Assembly (NCBI RefSeq): GCF_001194135.2
Contig: NC_068981.1
Span: 100,194,276 to 100,258,275, forward strand
Length of the DNA: 64,000 nucleotides
Direction: 5' to 3'
From: Octopus bimaculoides
Taxonomy: Eukaryota
A model generated the notes under the pieces. That model did not search any database. It was given only the letters and a program-made list of their open reading frames with translations, and had not been told where the DNA came from. Below are positions 39,141 through 52,964 of the stretch, one piece after another. The first letter of the stretch is position 1; every line of letters starts with the position of its first letter. The position numbers and the translations under genes were made by a program.

Positions 39141-41177
39141 GTTCTCAGCCCCTTCTTGTTTATTTGGTTCTCAGCCCCCTCTTGTTTATCATAATCCTCC
39201 AGGCCATAACAGAATAATTTAAAACTGGCTGCCCTTGGGAGCTCTTATATACCAATGACTTTGTTCTTAAAGCTGAATCACTACCAGAGCTAGAGAAGAA
39301 ATTTCAGGTGTGGAAGCAAGGTCTGGAATCAAAGGGCCTCAGAGTTAATTTAACAAAGACCCAAGTCCTAGTAAATAGGAAAACAGACAAATTACTAATC
39401 CCTTCAGAGAGGTAGCCCAGCTCAATATGGAGAAAAAGTATATGTAGAGATTCCATATGGCGTACCCAGTGTAAGCTGTGTACACATAAGAGATGTAGCA
39501 GTGTTATAGGAAGGTTAACAGAGATAGTAGTCTTTGTGTGTGGCAGATGTGCAGGTACAATAAACACAAATTATGTACAGAAAAATAGACTTCTTCAAAT
39601 GCCTGGGGGCATCCTTAGAAGTGGGAGATACCTTCTGTTACTGAGGCAACCAAGTTATCAGTGGAGGAGGATGCTCTGAAAGAATAGTAGCTAGAATAAG
39701 AATAGGGTGGTAAGCTGGCAGAATGAGGAGGACGCTGGGTTAAATGCTTAGTGGTGTTTTGTCTGCCGTTACATTCTGAGTTCAAATTCTGCCAAGGTTG
39801 ACTTTACCTTTCATCCTTTCGGGGTCAATTAAATAAGTACCAGTTATGCACTGGGGTCGATGTAATAGACTTAATCCCTTTGTCTGTCCTTGTTTGTCCC
39901 CTCAATGTTATCCCCCCTGTGGGCAATAAAGAAACAAATAAGAATGGGTTGGGCAAAGTTCAGAAAGCTATTACCTTTGTTAGTAACAAAGGGCTTCTCC
40001 CTCAGAGTGAAAGGCAGATTGTATGATGCCCGTGTATGAAAAGCTATGTTAAATGGCAGTGAAACATGGGCTGTGACTGCAGAGGACATGCAAAAGCTTG
40101 AAAGAAATGAAGCCAGTATGCTCCACTGGAAGTGCAATGTCAGTATGTACGTATAACAGATTGTAAGTGTTTTAAGAAATTATAAGAGGCATCAGATGTA
40201 GTGTGCAATAGAGAAGATTGCACTGGTATGGTCGTGGGATGCATATAGTAAACTGGCACTTCATAAAGAAATGCCAGTCTCTAATTGTGGAGGGAACCAG
40301 AAAGACATAGACAAGATGTTGAGAAATGATCTTCAGTTGTTGAGTCTCACGGAGGAGATGACAAAGGACCGAGACTTCTGGCTATTTGTTGTGCTTGAGA
40401 AGACATGTCAAGCTCAGTGAAATCGTGGCCATCCATACATATGTGCATGTCGTTTATAGACAGGCCTAGCCCTCACACACACGCACACTCACATTATCTG
40501 ACCTCTGTTGAACCTCTCCCATTTAGCCAAAACCTGCTACAGGCCCCACCACTCTTCTCTCATGTGCTTGTCTGCACACTTTACATCCCCTCTCATTCTT
40601 CTTATCCTCCTCCCAACCACTTTAATTTTCCTCACCATCCCTTCCTATAGTCATGTCTTCCCACATTTCTAAACATACTCCCCACAGTTTTATGGAACAT
40701 CCCCTTCTATCCATTCTGTACTACTTATACCACCTCACATTCACTGTGGGTAGGCCCAAATATATCTCTAACACCATCATTTTCTCTCCCTCTTTCCCCC
40801 ACTCTGACTCTATCTTTCTCTCTAACTCTCTCCCACCTTCCTCTGCCTTCCTTGTCCTACTGGGGTATCCAAATATCTCCTCTAGAGTAAGACAACTATC
40901 CCTGTCCCTCAATCAAACTCTAACCTCTCACCTGACACACAGCCTCTTCACCTCTTCCCTCGGTTTCACTCCCTCTCTCAACTAAGAGACCTTTGTCTTG
41001 CAGCTGACTTGGCAACCCTGCTGGTGTTGGTGCCATATAAAAAGCACCTGTGCCAGTACCACATAAAAAGCACTCCTACAGCTGGAGCCTGGTGCAGCTC
41101 TCCGGTTTACCAGCTCCTATCAAACCCACCAATACATGCCAACATGGAAAATGGACATTAAATGATGATGATGATGA
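39141..41177 (+). mobile_element. 5'-truncated RTE-clade LINE (RT 3' half with PHD-like finger, 3'UTR, (GAT)n tail)
   Basis: VLSPLLFIIILQAITE*FKTGCPWELLYTND (YADD site 39248-59); LESKGLRVNLTKT; KGRLYDA..MLNGSETWA; RRLHWYG; CT-rich UTR; tail ends about 41177. Confidence 0.92.
39705..39936 (+). mobile_element. SINE family B with 9-bp TSD inside the LINE
   Basis: AATAAGAAT at 39695-39703 and 39937-39945; removing the SINE restores ARIR(I/M)GW..KFR. Confidence 0.92.
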
Positions 41178-42489
41178 AGAATATAAAGCTAGAAGAAATG
41201 CCATGAAGTGCTTTGTCTGGAGAATAATGATAATGATTTCTAACTTTGGTACTAAGCCAGGAACTAAGAGGAGAGGTGTAGTGTATCAAGTTAATTTCAG
41301 TACTTGACTACTTTTTATTCAATTGACTACAAAAGGATGAAAAGTGATCTACATCATATACATTCAACCTCTGCTATTGCATTCACTTCTATAAGCTCAT
41401 TATGATAGATGATTTCTTTGATGTACCAATTGTCTCATCAAATGAAATATTTTTCCTATAAATAACATTAACACTCAGACCATGGAGCTAGAATCTACTG
41501 TTTTTTTTTGTTTGTTTTTTTGTTTGTTTTTTTTTTTTGTCAAGCAAACTTTGATAGTATCCTGTCTCACCTAAATGTCAAATAATGCTCACAATGGTGT
41601 TTGGCTTGTCCAGCATCTATTCCATCCTTGCTATTATCTGCAGTAATATTTTGAGTGTTTTGGGCTGCTTTAAAAATTTTTTAGGATGAAATACAAGTGT
41701 TCTCAGATGTGGTGCATAAATGGTGAGTATGAATGTTTATTTTCTTCATTTATTTACTTACATCTTTTTCATTTTTTCATGACACCTTTTATTTGCCACG
41801 TTTTTACTTTTTACTTTTGTAAATTGTGTTCTTTTTAGATAAATAAAAAAGAAAAATGCTGGAAAATTTACAATTGTTAATAAATCTTTAACAGCATTTC
41901 ACTGGAATTTATTTTATCTATTCTGTTGGTTAATAATGATAACCAGTTGGAGAAGGGAGAAATAAGGAAAAGATACTTCACTATCTTTATATTAATAAAC
42001 TTGAATGTGTTACACTGTCACATGGTTAGTTAATGGGAGAGATGAAGAGCAAGGGAAAAAGAGGGAGAAAGAAATGTTACTGATGTGAAGTAAGGAGAAA
42101 GTAATAATTATGCTAAGACCAAATATATGACACTATTATATGGTTAGTTCAAGGGAGAGAGAAGAGTGTTGGAACTGAGAGCTAAGAGAAATATATTGTT
42201 GTTACATTGCTTGGTTAGTTGAAGAAAGAAATAGAAAGTACAAACAGAGAGATGTAAACATGTTAAGTGCAGGGGCATGTGGTATAGGTGAAGCGAGAGG
42301 CAAACAGAGTGAGAGTGAATGACTGAGTGTTGACTGAAAGGAATGCAGGAATGGAGAGCAGTTACATGATTTTAAATGTAGTGTAATAGAATATTGTGAC
42401 AGACAATAAAAATAAAAGCTTAGCTGTTGTTACAGGTTTTAATGCTCAACCATTTATATATCTTCAATCCATCAATGTATCTATGTAAA

Positions 42490-42670
42490 AAGCACCCACT
42501 ACGCTCTTGGAGTAGTTGGTGTTAGGAAGGGCATCCAGCCATAGAAACTATGCCAAATCAGATTGGAGCCTGGTACAGCTCCCTAGTTAACCAGTTCTGT
42601 CAAACCATCCAACCCATGCCAGCATGGAAAAAAAATGTTAAAAGATGATGATGATGATGATGATGATATT
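42490..42670 (+). mobile_element. RTE-type 3' tail
   Basis: AAAGCACCCACTAC..GGAAGGGCATCCAGC...(GAT)n. Confidence 0.85.
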
Positions 42671-43524
42671 TACACCACAGGATTAGAAGATTTATACATA
42701 TATTTTTGTAAATTGTAAAACAAATATCTCTAGTATAAACTTTCACTCTACATTTGAACTACAGTTTCATACAATATCATGGAATAGTAACCCTGTTATT
42801 TTGCAAGTATGATCAGACTCCAAAGGAGCTGGTGTTGGTCTGCATCAGCAAGACTAATATTACATAGTAAAACTGATAAAATGAGTGCAGAGAACTTACT
42901 ATAGGGAGTGGAAAATCAGGCATTTCAGACAGAGTCCTTGTTCTGGGTAACTTTACCTGCTTCTTCTCCTCGTTCCATTCCTCTTTCTTTTTACCTTCTC
43001 ACACTGTTTCCCCTACAACTTCTTGTTCACATATGAAGTTCATATCAGTTGCAACCAGTATTTTTGACTAAATGGATCTAAAACTCTGCTTTCTCTCATT
43101 AATTTCTCTCCTTTCTGTTTTTCCCTGAAGAACAACTCTATCCAAAATGTTGAATTTTCCATTCCCCACAGGAAGATAATTCTATTCTTTTTATTCATTT
43201 TACTTTGTAAATAGTATATACTCTTTTACAAACATGCTCTTTGAGTTCCTTTCTTTTTTTAAAGGAAACTATTACCCAACACAGCAGGTTTGCAAAAATA
43301 TTACAGTAACTTATCATTTAGCAGGAACACTGTCAAAGAGTTCATCTTCTTGAAGAATAATTAAGGAACAATATGCTGGAATAATTTTACATTGTTCTCT
43401 TGAAAACTTTTAAAGAGTTTGGCCTTTATATTTCAAATTAAATAAATACTTTGAAAAAAATCAACTTGAAACATGGCTACTAATTTCAACTTTTGCTATG
43501 GAGCCTCATAAAAGCACATAATCT

Positions 43525-43760
43525 ATCCATTAGTGTTGCACTCACAATCAAAAGATCATGGTTTCAGTTCCCAGACTGGAAGGTATGTTGTGTTCTTGAG
43601 CAAAATACTTCATTTCACATTGCTCCAATTCCCTCATCTGTAATTAAGTAACCCTGTGATGGACAGGCATCCCATTAAAGGTGAATGCTGTAATTTCAGT
43701 CATTTATATACCATGGAAACTGGGGAACCTTCCCTATGAGTCCTAAGACTCAGGATAGGA
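43525..43760 (+). mobile_element. tRNA-derived SINE with a CORE-like segment and a V-domain-like segment
   Basis: B-box GGTTTCAGTTCCC; CTTGAGCAAAATACTTCATTTCACATTGCTCC; TAACCCTGTGATGGACAGGCATCCCATT. Confidence 0.5.
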
Positions 43761-43949
43761 TTCACGACATTTATCCCAGAAGTTACCTTAATAATGGGGC
43801 CTCAGCTATCAGTATCTGCTTTGTATATCTTTTATAATTTGTAAATTTGTGGTTGAAATTAATGAACTGAACTGCATTGAAAATTTCATTATAACTTGTT
43901 TAAAAAGTGTAGATTGCACAGTTAAGAGTGTACCAAACAATCAACTAAT

Positions 43950-44330
43950 TCTGATATGGCTTTCTGCCAATGGCCAAAATATTAAACTCGCAATGTTTAA
44001 AACTATTGAGGTATTGAATCAGCATTGAAAGGAGACATGAGACACTGAAAGTATGAGAGAAAGTGATGTCATGTAAAAAAAAAAAAGTGGGTCTTTCGAT
44101 TTGCCTCTTGCTTGGATGGGCAACCAGCAAGATCAGAAGTGTATAGCAAGTTCTGGGGAATTGTAGATTCTGGTCAGGAGGTTTGAGGTAATGAAAGTAT
44201 ATGGGGTTGGACAAGTTTTCCAGATGGAGTGCAGATTAGTTGCCTTGTTTTGAAGTTTGTTTCACCAGCTTGATGTAAGTCTTTATTTTCTCATCCTTCA
44301 GATCACAAATATCTATTGCAAAGAAGGTGC
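43950..44330 (-). pseudogene. Possible highly decayed Penelope RT N-terminal remnant
   Basis: Weak: ..LVQPHILSLPQTS*P..AGCPS resembles TP.FY.LPKIHK..GCPT. Confidence 0.25.
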
Positions 44331-45257
44331 TACAGGAAATTTAGTTAATCCAATAAGAAGCAACAGTACCAAAGAACTGTGTTGAGATCTATTGACTTGC
44401 ACTACCAAGTTAAATTCTTTCCTTTTAGAAATTAACTTTGATTTTCTAGTGATCTATCTAGAAGTAAGTTTATTTATCATCTGCTTGGTATAGCAGAAAC
44501 TGAAGCCCAGAATTTATGAATTATTGGGATTTAGGAAAACAATGGTTTACTCTTGGTACCTATTTGTATTTAGGTCGATCAGGACATTTTAGAATTATTT
44601 GTTTTCAGAAATATATAGCAGGTTGTTAGGAGTAAAACATCTTTTTTATATTTTAGTATTAATGTTTTATTTTATTTATTTATTTATTTATTTGTAATTT
44701 GTCAAAAATGAATAATTGCCTTCATTTGTAAATGGCATCCTCTGAACTAGTCCTTGGTTTACTGCATTCATGAAAGCTACAGTGACAAAGGAATTTCATT
44801 TATAAGGCATTGCTCTTTCAGATTTCTCAACAATGTTTATATCCTATGGCAATATAAATCATCAAAAGATACACACATACATATTTGTGTGTGCACACGC
44901 ATACACACATGCACACACACACATACTCACACAATATACATACATGTATCTACACACACACATACCTATGTGTGTGTGAGTGTAGATATGTATGTATACA
45001 CTGAACTTCTGCACAGTCTTTGTCTACCAAATTCCACTCAAGAAGTATTGATCAAACTAACACTAGAAGACATTTATCCAAAATGACACGGATTGAACCC
45101 AGAACCAAGTGGCTTTGAAGCAAACTCCTTAACCCTCACTCTAGCCACATTAGCACCCATGTTTGTATGTAACATTTTAATTGCATTTATAAGTTACTGG
45201 ATTTATTAAATCACTGCATTGATTATTCTTTAAATTAATATTATCCAAAGTAGAAAA

Positions 45258-45480
45258 TTAACCGTTTAGCATTCAGCTTACTTTGTCAGATGTAATGCAT
45301 ATTTATTCACATTCTTTAAAGTTAATCCTGTATCATCTTGTGGTTTCAAGATTTCAAAGTTATGATTGTTTATTTTTAGAATGACATTACAGGGTATATG
45401 TGAGAAGCTGGATCTGGCCAGTTTGAAGGTAAAACAGGTATTTGGGCCAGATATGGCTGGTTTAAATGTTAAAGGGTTAA
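45258..45480. mobile_element. piggyBac-type MITE, second copy
   Basis: TTAA-CCGTTTAGCATT ... AAATGTTAAAGGG-TTAA. Confidence 0.85.
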
Positions 45481-46256
45481 AGAAACCTTGAATGAACCTC
45501 AAGCTTAGAGCCAAGATATATTTAGATTCCCCAGTCTTTCATTCAAGTTTTAATCCTTGCTAAAATGTAATCCATGATATCTAATAAAAATAAATATTCT
45601 CGACAGAAATTGGTTTCAGATTATAAAATATAAATTATTCTCTTAAAAAACATAAATTTTTGAAAAATATGTTTCTATTATCTTCCTGAAATTGAATTTT
45701 AAATAAACATCAAAGAATTTTTGTAAAATAGCTCAGCAGGTATTTTTTACCAACACACCAAGTAATTTGTCAGTATAACTTACAATAATAATAAAGCAAA
45801 CATCATTACAAACTATATATCCTCTGTAGAAACCTTCGATTGCATTTTTTTTTATTTTTCTTTTGGAGCTTTTTTGTTTACTAAATAGACACAGAGTTGC
45901 TATGGTTATGGTTCCACAATGTTTGTTTGCAGAGAATAAGCTAGGAAGCTTTTCATGCTATGTTTGCACTTCTTTATAAGATCAATACTCTTTGGAGTTG
46001 TGAAGCTTGTGTAAGAAATCAAAAGTTGCCATTTCTGTGTTTGTTCTTTTTTAGTAAGTTAAGTGAGCCGATAATAACTGTAGAAATATTCTTAGCAAAA
46101 TATTTTCTTTTTTTTTCTTACAAATTTTCTTGCAAATAGAACACTGCTGCTATGTATTGCAAATATAACAAATATCTGTACACACAAAGGGTGTATTGTA
46201 TCATATATATATATACTCTTGCACACACATCATACACATATAGAAACATATAACTC

Positions 46257-46317
<61 letters not shown>

Positions 46318-46584
46318 ATGCCTGTGTGTGTATACACATAGGCACATATATTCAAAGAGATAAAGGGGGAAATTGTAAATGCATAGATTTATATATGAAT
46401 GTAATTTCCCATATATATATATATGTAGGCAGTTATATTTGTATGTACAGTATGTACATATGTATGTATGTATGTATGTATCTATCTATCTATCTATCTA
46501 TCTATTTATCTATCCATCTATGTGCAATAATCTTCTGAATTATATGCACATACATAGAAAAACACACACACATCCATATATACA

Positions 46585-46765
46585 GATAAACAGATAAACA
46601 GACAGACATACATACATTACATACACACAGTCAGACAGACAGTTAGCTTAGCTAGAGAGACAGGCGAAGAGGCAGACAGTTAACTAGCAAGAAAGACAAA
46701 CTGACAGACAGGCAAGCAGATAAGTAAATAGACAGACAGGCAGGTGAACAGACAGACAGACAGAC

Positions 46766-46820
<55 letters not shown>

Positions 46821-46895
46821 CAGATAGACAGACAGACAGACAGACAGATAGACATACAGACAGACAGATAGATAGATAGACAGATAGGTAGATTA
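46585..46895. repeat. (GACA)n/(GATA)n compound microsatellite
   Basis: Seen directly; a similar array lies at about 15255-15395. Confidence 0.95.
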
Positions 46896-47139
46896 TAAAA
46901 AGGGTCACAGGTGGTTTTGACTATAAGTATTGCAGCTATTCAATCAAATGAACTGAATTATAGTACACATAGCTGAGTATTCCATAGACATGTTCACTCT
47001 CAATGTAATCTAATCCTCAGGTAGAATCAGTATAACATTGTGACAAAGCTGATTCTCTGAGTTACAATTACAATTCCTTGGATGGGCTTCCATAGAGTTT
47101 CCATTTCCCTTTTCTCTACACATGAGTCAATCTGAGGAG

Positions 47140-47502
47140 ATAGTAAAAGACACTGGCATCTGTGCTGATGGCATGTAAAGAGCACCATTCAAGCATTGGG
47201 CCTCATGGAAGTAGTGACAGGTGACCAAGACCTTTAGTGATATACCGTGTTTGTGTAGACCTGTCAAGCCAAGTGAGACCATGGCTGATGCCAGTGTCAC
47301 GTCAATGACATCTGTGCCAGTGGCACATAAAAAACACCCACTACACTCTTGGAGTGGTTGGTGTTGGGAAGGGCATCCAACTATAGAAACCTTGCCAAAT
47401 CAAATCAGAACCTGGTGCAGCTCCCTGGCTTACCAGTTTCAAGTCAAACTGTCCAACCCAAACCAGCATGTAAAACAGACATTAAATGATGATGATGATG
47501 AC
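47140..47502 (+). mobile_element. RTE-type 3' region and tail
   Basis: GTGCCAGTGGCACATAAAAAACACCCACTACACTCTTGGAGTGG...(GAT)n. Confidence 0.8.
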
Positions 47503-47861
47503 TGGCTCAGGATGTCCATGCATAAGTGTGTGAGTGTGTGTGTGTGAATGAGTGTGTGTGAATGAATGTGTGTGAGTGAGTGTGAGTGCGCACATGCATG
47601 TGTGTGTGCATTTATATATCTGTGTGTATGTGTGATATGGAGCTTCTTGTATACAGTGCTCAGATGCACTACAATTCATCAGAAAAAGGGTAAAAGAGGG
47701 AAAAGAAAACAGTAATAAGTCAAGTAAAGAATGAAAGCAATGAGAGTCAAAAGCTCATGAATAGTAACAATAAAACATGAAATGGCAGAAAAGTAATGAG
47801 TAAGCGATAAAGAGGAAACAGTGCCTGAAGATACATACGTACAAATATGTATGTATATATG

Positions 47862-49031
47862 TATTGGGTCATCCCATAAATAATGCAGTTATTTCAATTG
47901 CGTGAACTAAAAGTCAGAGAAGGAGGAAATAAACTACCTGCATCAACTTGCTATAAAACCAAGTAGTAATTTTACCTTGTACTTATTCTTTGTGTAAATT
48001 TTGAAGAGTGCTGTTCCATTTTAACAGTTATTTTTCCAAAGTTATAATGGAAGGGACAAAGGAGCATATTTTGCTTTATGAGTTCAATAAAGGCAACAAT
48101 GCAATGGAAAGGGTGAGGAATATTAATACAGTTTATGGGGATTGGAAAATAAGCATAAGCCATCCAGTGTCAATGGTGGTTCCAGAACTTCCAAGCCGGA
48201 AACAAAATCCCATCATAACCATTGAAGAACTATCAGAGAAGCTGGGATTTGGTTATTCAACCATTCATCGACATCTGTGTATCCTCGGAAAAGTCAGCAA
48301 ATTGGGTCAATGGCTTCCTCACAAACTTTCCAAGTTGCTGTCACATCTCACAAATGAACCTGTTTTGGACTGAATAGTGACTGGTGACAAGAAATGGGCT
48401 CTCTATAGAAACGTCAAGTGCTGAGACAGTGGGGAGGGAAAGGAGAAACACCAGCACCTCAGGCTAAAGAAGGTCTTCATCCATGTAAGGTGTTGTTATC
48501 TGTTTGGTGGGATATGAAAGGTTTAGTCTACCTTGAACTTTTAAACCCAAACCAAACAATAACAAAGGAGACCTACTGCATACAACTTGAGTGACTTAAG
48601 TCAGCACTAGAAGAAAGATTACCATCTTTGGTTTCAAGACGCAAGGTATTCTTCCATCAGGATAATGCTCGGCCACATAAAGCAAGGATGAAATTACAAA
48701 GTTTGGAGTAATTTGAATGGGAAACGATGCCTCACCCACCATATTTGCTGGACATTGCCCCATCTGATTATCATTTATTCCAGTCTTCAAAATCATTTGG
48801 ACAGAAAAAATATGAACTCTGTAGATAAGGTCAGAACAGTAGTGGGGGACTATTTTTCATCACAGACAAGTGAATTTTGGAAGAGGGGCCTCGCAAGTCT
48901 ACTAGATAGATGGAAGAGCATTGTATAAAATGAAGGTGAATATATTTTAGATTAAAAAAGAACTGTGTTTATCTTAATTTTGAAAAATAAAAAGTATATA
49001 AAATACACAATATTTATGGGATGACCCAATA
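47862..49031 (+). mobile_element. Near full-length mariner with both TIRs; transposase pseudogene
   Basis: TA-TTGGGTCATCCCATAAATA ... TATTTATGGGATGACCCAA-TA; MEGTKEHILLYEFNKG, GQWLPHKLS, VTGDKKW, FHQDNARPH, PHPPY.LDIAPSDYHLF; frameshifts. Confidence 0.95.
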
Positions 49032-49184
49032 CATATCTATGTATATATGTGCATATATGTGTGAATGCATATTTATGTATGTGTGTATGTTTAAATATAT
49101 ACACATATATATATATATATACAAACATACATATGTATAAGTTTATTTCTCTATCTATCTATCAATACATGTGTGTGTGTGTGT

Positions 49185-49400
49185 GCCATTGCCAGTACCG
49201 CCAAACTGGCCCTCATGCTGGTGGCACGTAAAAAGCACTCACTACACTCTCGGAGTGGTTGGCGTTAGGAAGGGCATCCAGCTGTAGAAACTCTGCCAGA
49301 TCAGATTTGAGTCTGGTGTAGACATCCGCTTCGCCAGTCCCCAGTCAAATCGTCCAACCCATGCTAGCATGGAAAGTGGACATTAAATGATGATGATGAT
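49185..49400 (+). mobile_element. Young RTE-type 3' tail
   Basis: Close match to 14340-15215; between (TG)n and (TA)n. Confidence 0.9.
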
Positions 49401-50278
49401 AATATATATATAAAATCATACATGCATATGTATTGAAGGTAAAGAGAAATGTGTGTGTGTGTGTGTGTGTGTGTGTATGAGATAGAAAGCATGAATATGT
49501 AACTATTTGTTTAAGCAAATGTATATGTGTACACAAAACTACAGACTTACAGGCATACATCACTTAACTTAAAAATATAAATCAAATTATTTCTAAAATA
49601 GTGAAAGCACTTGGAATATGTACCGCAGTGCTAATATACATAAATGTACTGAGGATATCACCAACACATACACATGCAGTCGTACATATGCATTCACATC
49701 TCAAGATGCAGACATCATACACATACACACAGACGCCTCAAAAATAAATAGATACAACTCATTATACCATTATATATATATATATATATTGGACACTTCT
49801 CATTGGAATGATGCTTAAACAAGTTAAATAATTATAACTGCATGTGTCATGTCTACTAAATATTAGATTAGGTATTTAAATGCATCAAATGACATTATTT
49901 TGTTTCCAGAAATAAATCTTTCAAAAACAAAATTAAAAAATAGGGTGTCTATTTACTTTTGAGAATCCTATGTACATTTTCCCTTATATCCAAATGAAAA
50001 CCAGGCTCACACACAAGAATAGACTCATACACAAGTATTCTCATTTAAACATACACGCACATGCACACATCACAAACACACACATCACAAACACACACAA
50101 CACACAAATGTATGCATATTCATTTGTTGACATACTCTTACATAAGCAACATAGTCTTACAGATACTTGTTTACGCACCATTTCAAATGAGCACCCACTC
50201 ATATTTATATGCTCATTCACACACACACAGACACCTATCCACACTCAGTACGAAACACTGAAATATAGAGATTCACAC

Positions 50279-50324
<46 letters not shown>

Positions 50325-51966
50325 NNNNNNNNNNNNNNNNNNNNNNNNNNNNNNNNNNNNNNNNNNNNNNNNNNNNNNNNNNNNNNNNNNNNNNNNNNNN
50401 NNNNNNNNNNNNNNNNNNNNNNNNNNNNNNNNNNNNNNNNNNNNNNNNNNNNNNNNNNNNNNNNNNNNNNNNNNNNNNNNNNNNNNNNNNNNNNNNNNNN
50501 NNNNNNNNNNNNNNNNNNNNNNNNNNNNNNNNNNNNNNNNNNNNNNNNNNNNNNNNNNNNNNNNNNNNNNNNNNNNNNNNNNNNNNNNNNNNNNNNNNNN
50601 NNNNNNNNNNNNNNNNNNNNNNNNNNNNNNNNNNNNNNNNNNNNNNNNNNNNNNNNNNNNNNNNNNNNNNNNNNNNNNNNNNNNTATATATATATATATA
50701 TATATATATTTGTATGCATGTCAGCAAGTGTGCGTTAATAAATCTTTCTCCCTTTTCTTTACAAACACTTATATATGCACATATGTATTTATACATATAT
50801 ATGTGTGTGTGGGTATGTAAAAATACATATGTACATATGTGTGTGTGTGTATGCTTGTGTATATATATGTATGGATGAACGTAAGTTTATATATATATGT
50901 CAATATATATATACATATCTATGTACTACCACACTTACATGTACATATGCTATTGTGATTTAACATATGTAATTTATCAAAGTAAAAATGTCAGTTTCTT
51001 TTCTTTTACTTTAGAATATTTAGTTGAGTAATATCTTTCTTTGGTTGGAATTTACTTAAAATTTTTCTTGATATTTGTTCATTTATTTCCTCTAACCATT
51101 TCTAATTATTATATTTTTATTCCTCTTCATTTATGCACGCTTTTTTTTTTTTACATAATATATTTATTTGCTCATTTTGAATACATGTTTTCATTGTTGC
51201 TTACTAGTGGAGGTGAAATATTTAATTTATTTATAAATTTTGAAAGTAACTGGAAAGCGAGTGAGAGAATAATATAAACAGAGAGAGAGAGAGAGAAAGT
51301 AGTGTATGAAGAGAAGGAGAGAGAGAGAGAGAGAGACAGTGGTGTGAAAAGAGAAGGGAAGAGAGAGAAAGTAGTGTGTAAAGAGAGTGAGTGAGAGAGT
51401 GGAGGAGAGAGAGAAAGTCTGAGATGGAAAGAGAGAGAAAGTAGATTGTAAAGAGAGAGAATAAAAACCATTTGAACAGGTAGTCGATTGCACAGGTGAA
51501 AGAGAGAATGAAAGAAAAAGAAAGAGCTAAAGAAAGAATGAAATAAAGAACACAAGAAAGAAAGTAAAATGAAAGAAAAAATAAGAGAGAAATGTGTAGG
51601 ATGTAGTGGAAGAGGAGAATGAAAAGAGAGAGAAAGAAAGAGAATGTAATCAAAAGAAAATGGTTGGGGAGGTAAGGTGAATTGCACATGACAGAACAAG
51701 AGGGAGGGGGAGAGGGAGACAGCAGAGAGAGAGAGAATTAGATAGCTGTATGGATCTATGGTTAAGAAGCTTGCCTCTGGTCTACAGAGTTCTGAATTTG
51801 ATCTCACTGCTTGGCACCTTAGGCAAGAGTCATGAGTTGACCAAAGCCTTGTGAGTGGAATTTGAAAAGTAGTAAATATGTTGACACTAGTATTTATATA
51901 TTGTATGTGTGTGCTTGCATATGTGTCTTGTTGTGCATGTAAATGCTGGAGAAAGATGTGTGTATA

Positions 51967-52203
51967 TACAGGGTTGGCCAAAAGTCACCTGACAATAAAC
52001 CAAACCCATTTAATTCCAAGATTTATTTCTGTTTAACAACTGAATGAATTTAATAAAAGCATTGAAATATGAAACCTCACGAAAATTTTTCAAACTGAAG
52101 TCCATCTTGAGTGACACTTTTTTCCATTTGAGTCAATACAGAATTACAGAAAGCTTTTATGGAATTTTGATTTACTGTTGGGTGACTTTTGGCCAAGCCT
52201 GTA
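51967..52203. mobile_element. Tc1/mariner MITE (about 235 bp)
   Basis: TA-CAGGGTTGGCCAAAAGTCACC ... GGTGACTTTTGGCCAAGCCTG-TA. Confidence 0.9.
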
Positions 52204-52272
52204 TATAGATAATTTATAAGGCATTTCTCCAAATGTTTACCATTTTACTTACAGTTAGGTTTTCAAAATTTG

Positions 52273-52328
<56 letters not shown>

Positions 52329-52964
52329 CATATATATTCGGGGTGCATTCAAAGCAATGACTAGTAATATTACGAAACTGGTATGCTTTTAAATCTCTTT
52401 AACAACTCACAATAATGACTTTTATTACCTTTATTCCTACCTCATTTCATCTAATTGTATATATATATCGTTACTTTTCATAAAAAGCCTTAACTTTTTT
52501 TGATTTCCAATGTGCATTTTCGCTTATTTTTCTGCTTACTTTCTCCTTACATTTCCACGTGTAGTTTCTTTTTTGTTTTTGTAACATATTTCTATTGTTG
52601 GACAATATCTTAAGACCAGTGAAAAAACTGCCGAAATGAACTCCTTACAGACCGATACATTTGACTATTCTTCATTATAGATTCATTATTGGCAAATAGA
52701 AGATATAGATATATGAAAACCTAAAAAAATGTTTAACATTTAATGCAGAAAATATGCATTGTATGAAAACTAACAAAATTTTTCCTGGTCAGATGTCATC
52801 TTATCATCCTTGAGCTGCATTCTGTGTCCGTAAATGCCTTAATCCGGTTTGATGATCAACTAGTGTCTTTTCTAACTTCCTGTTGAATCTTTCTACTCAA
52901 CGCTAGTGAAATTTTCTTTGGATGGCTAGTGTATAAAACTTGCTGGAACCTTAGGTAACACTTT

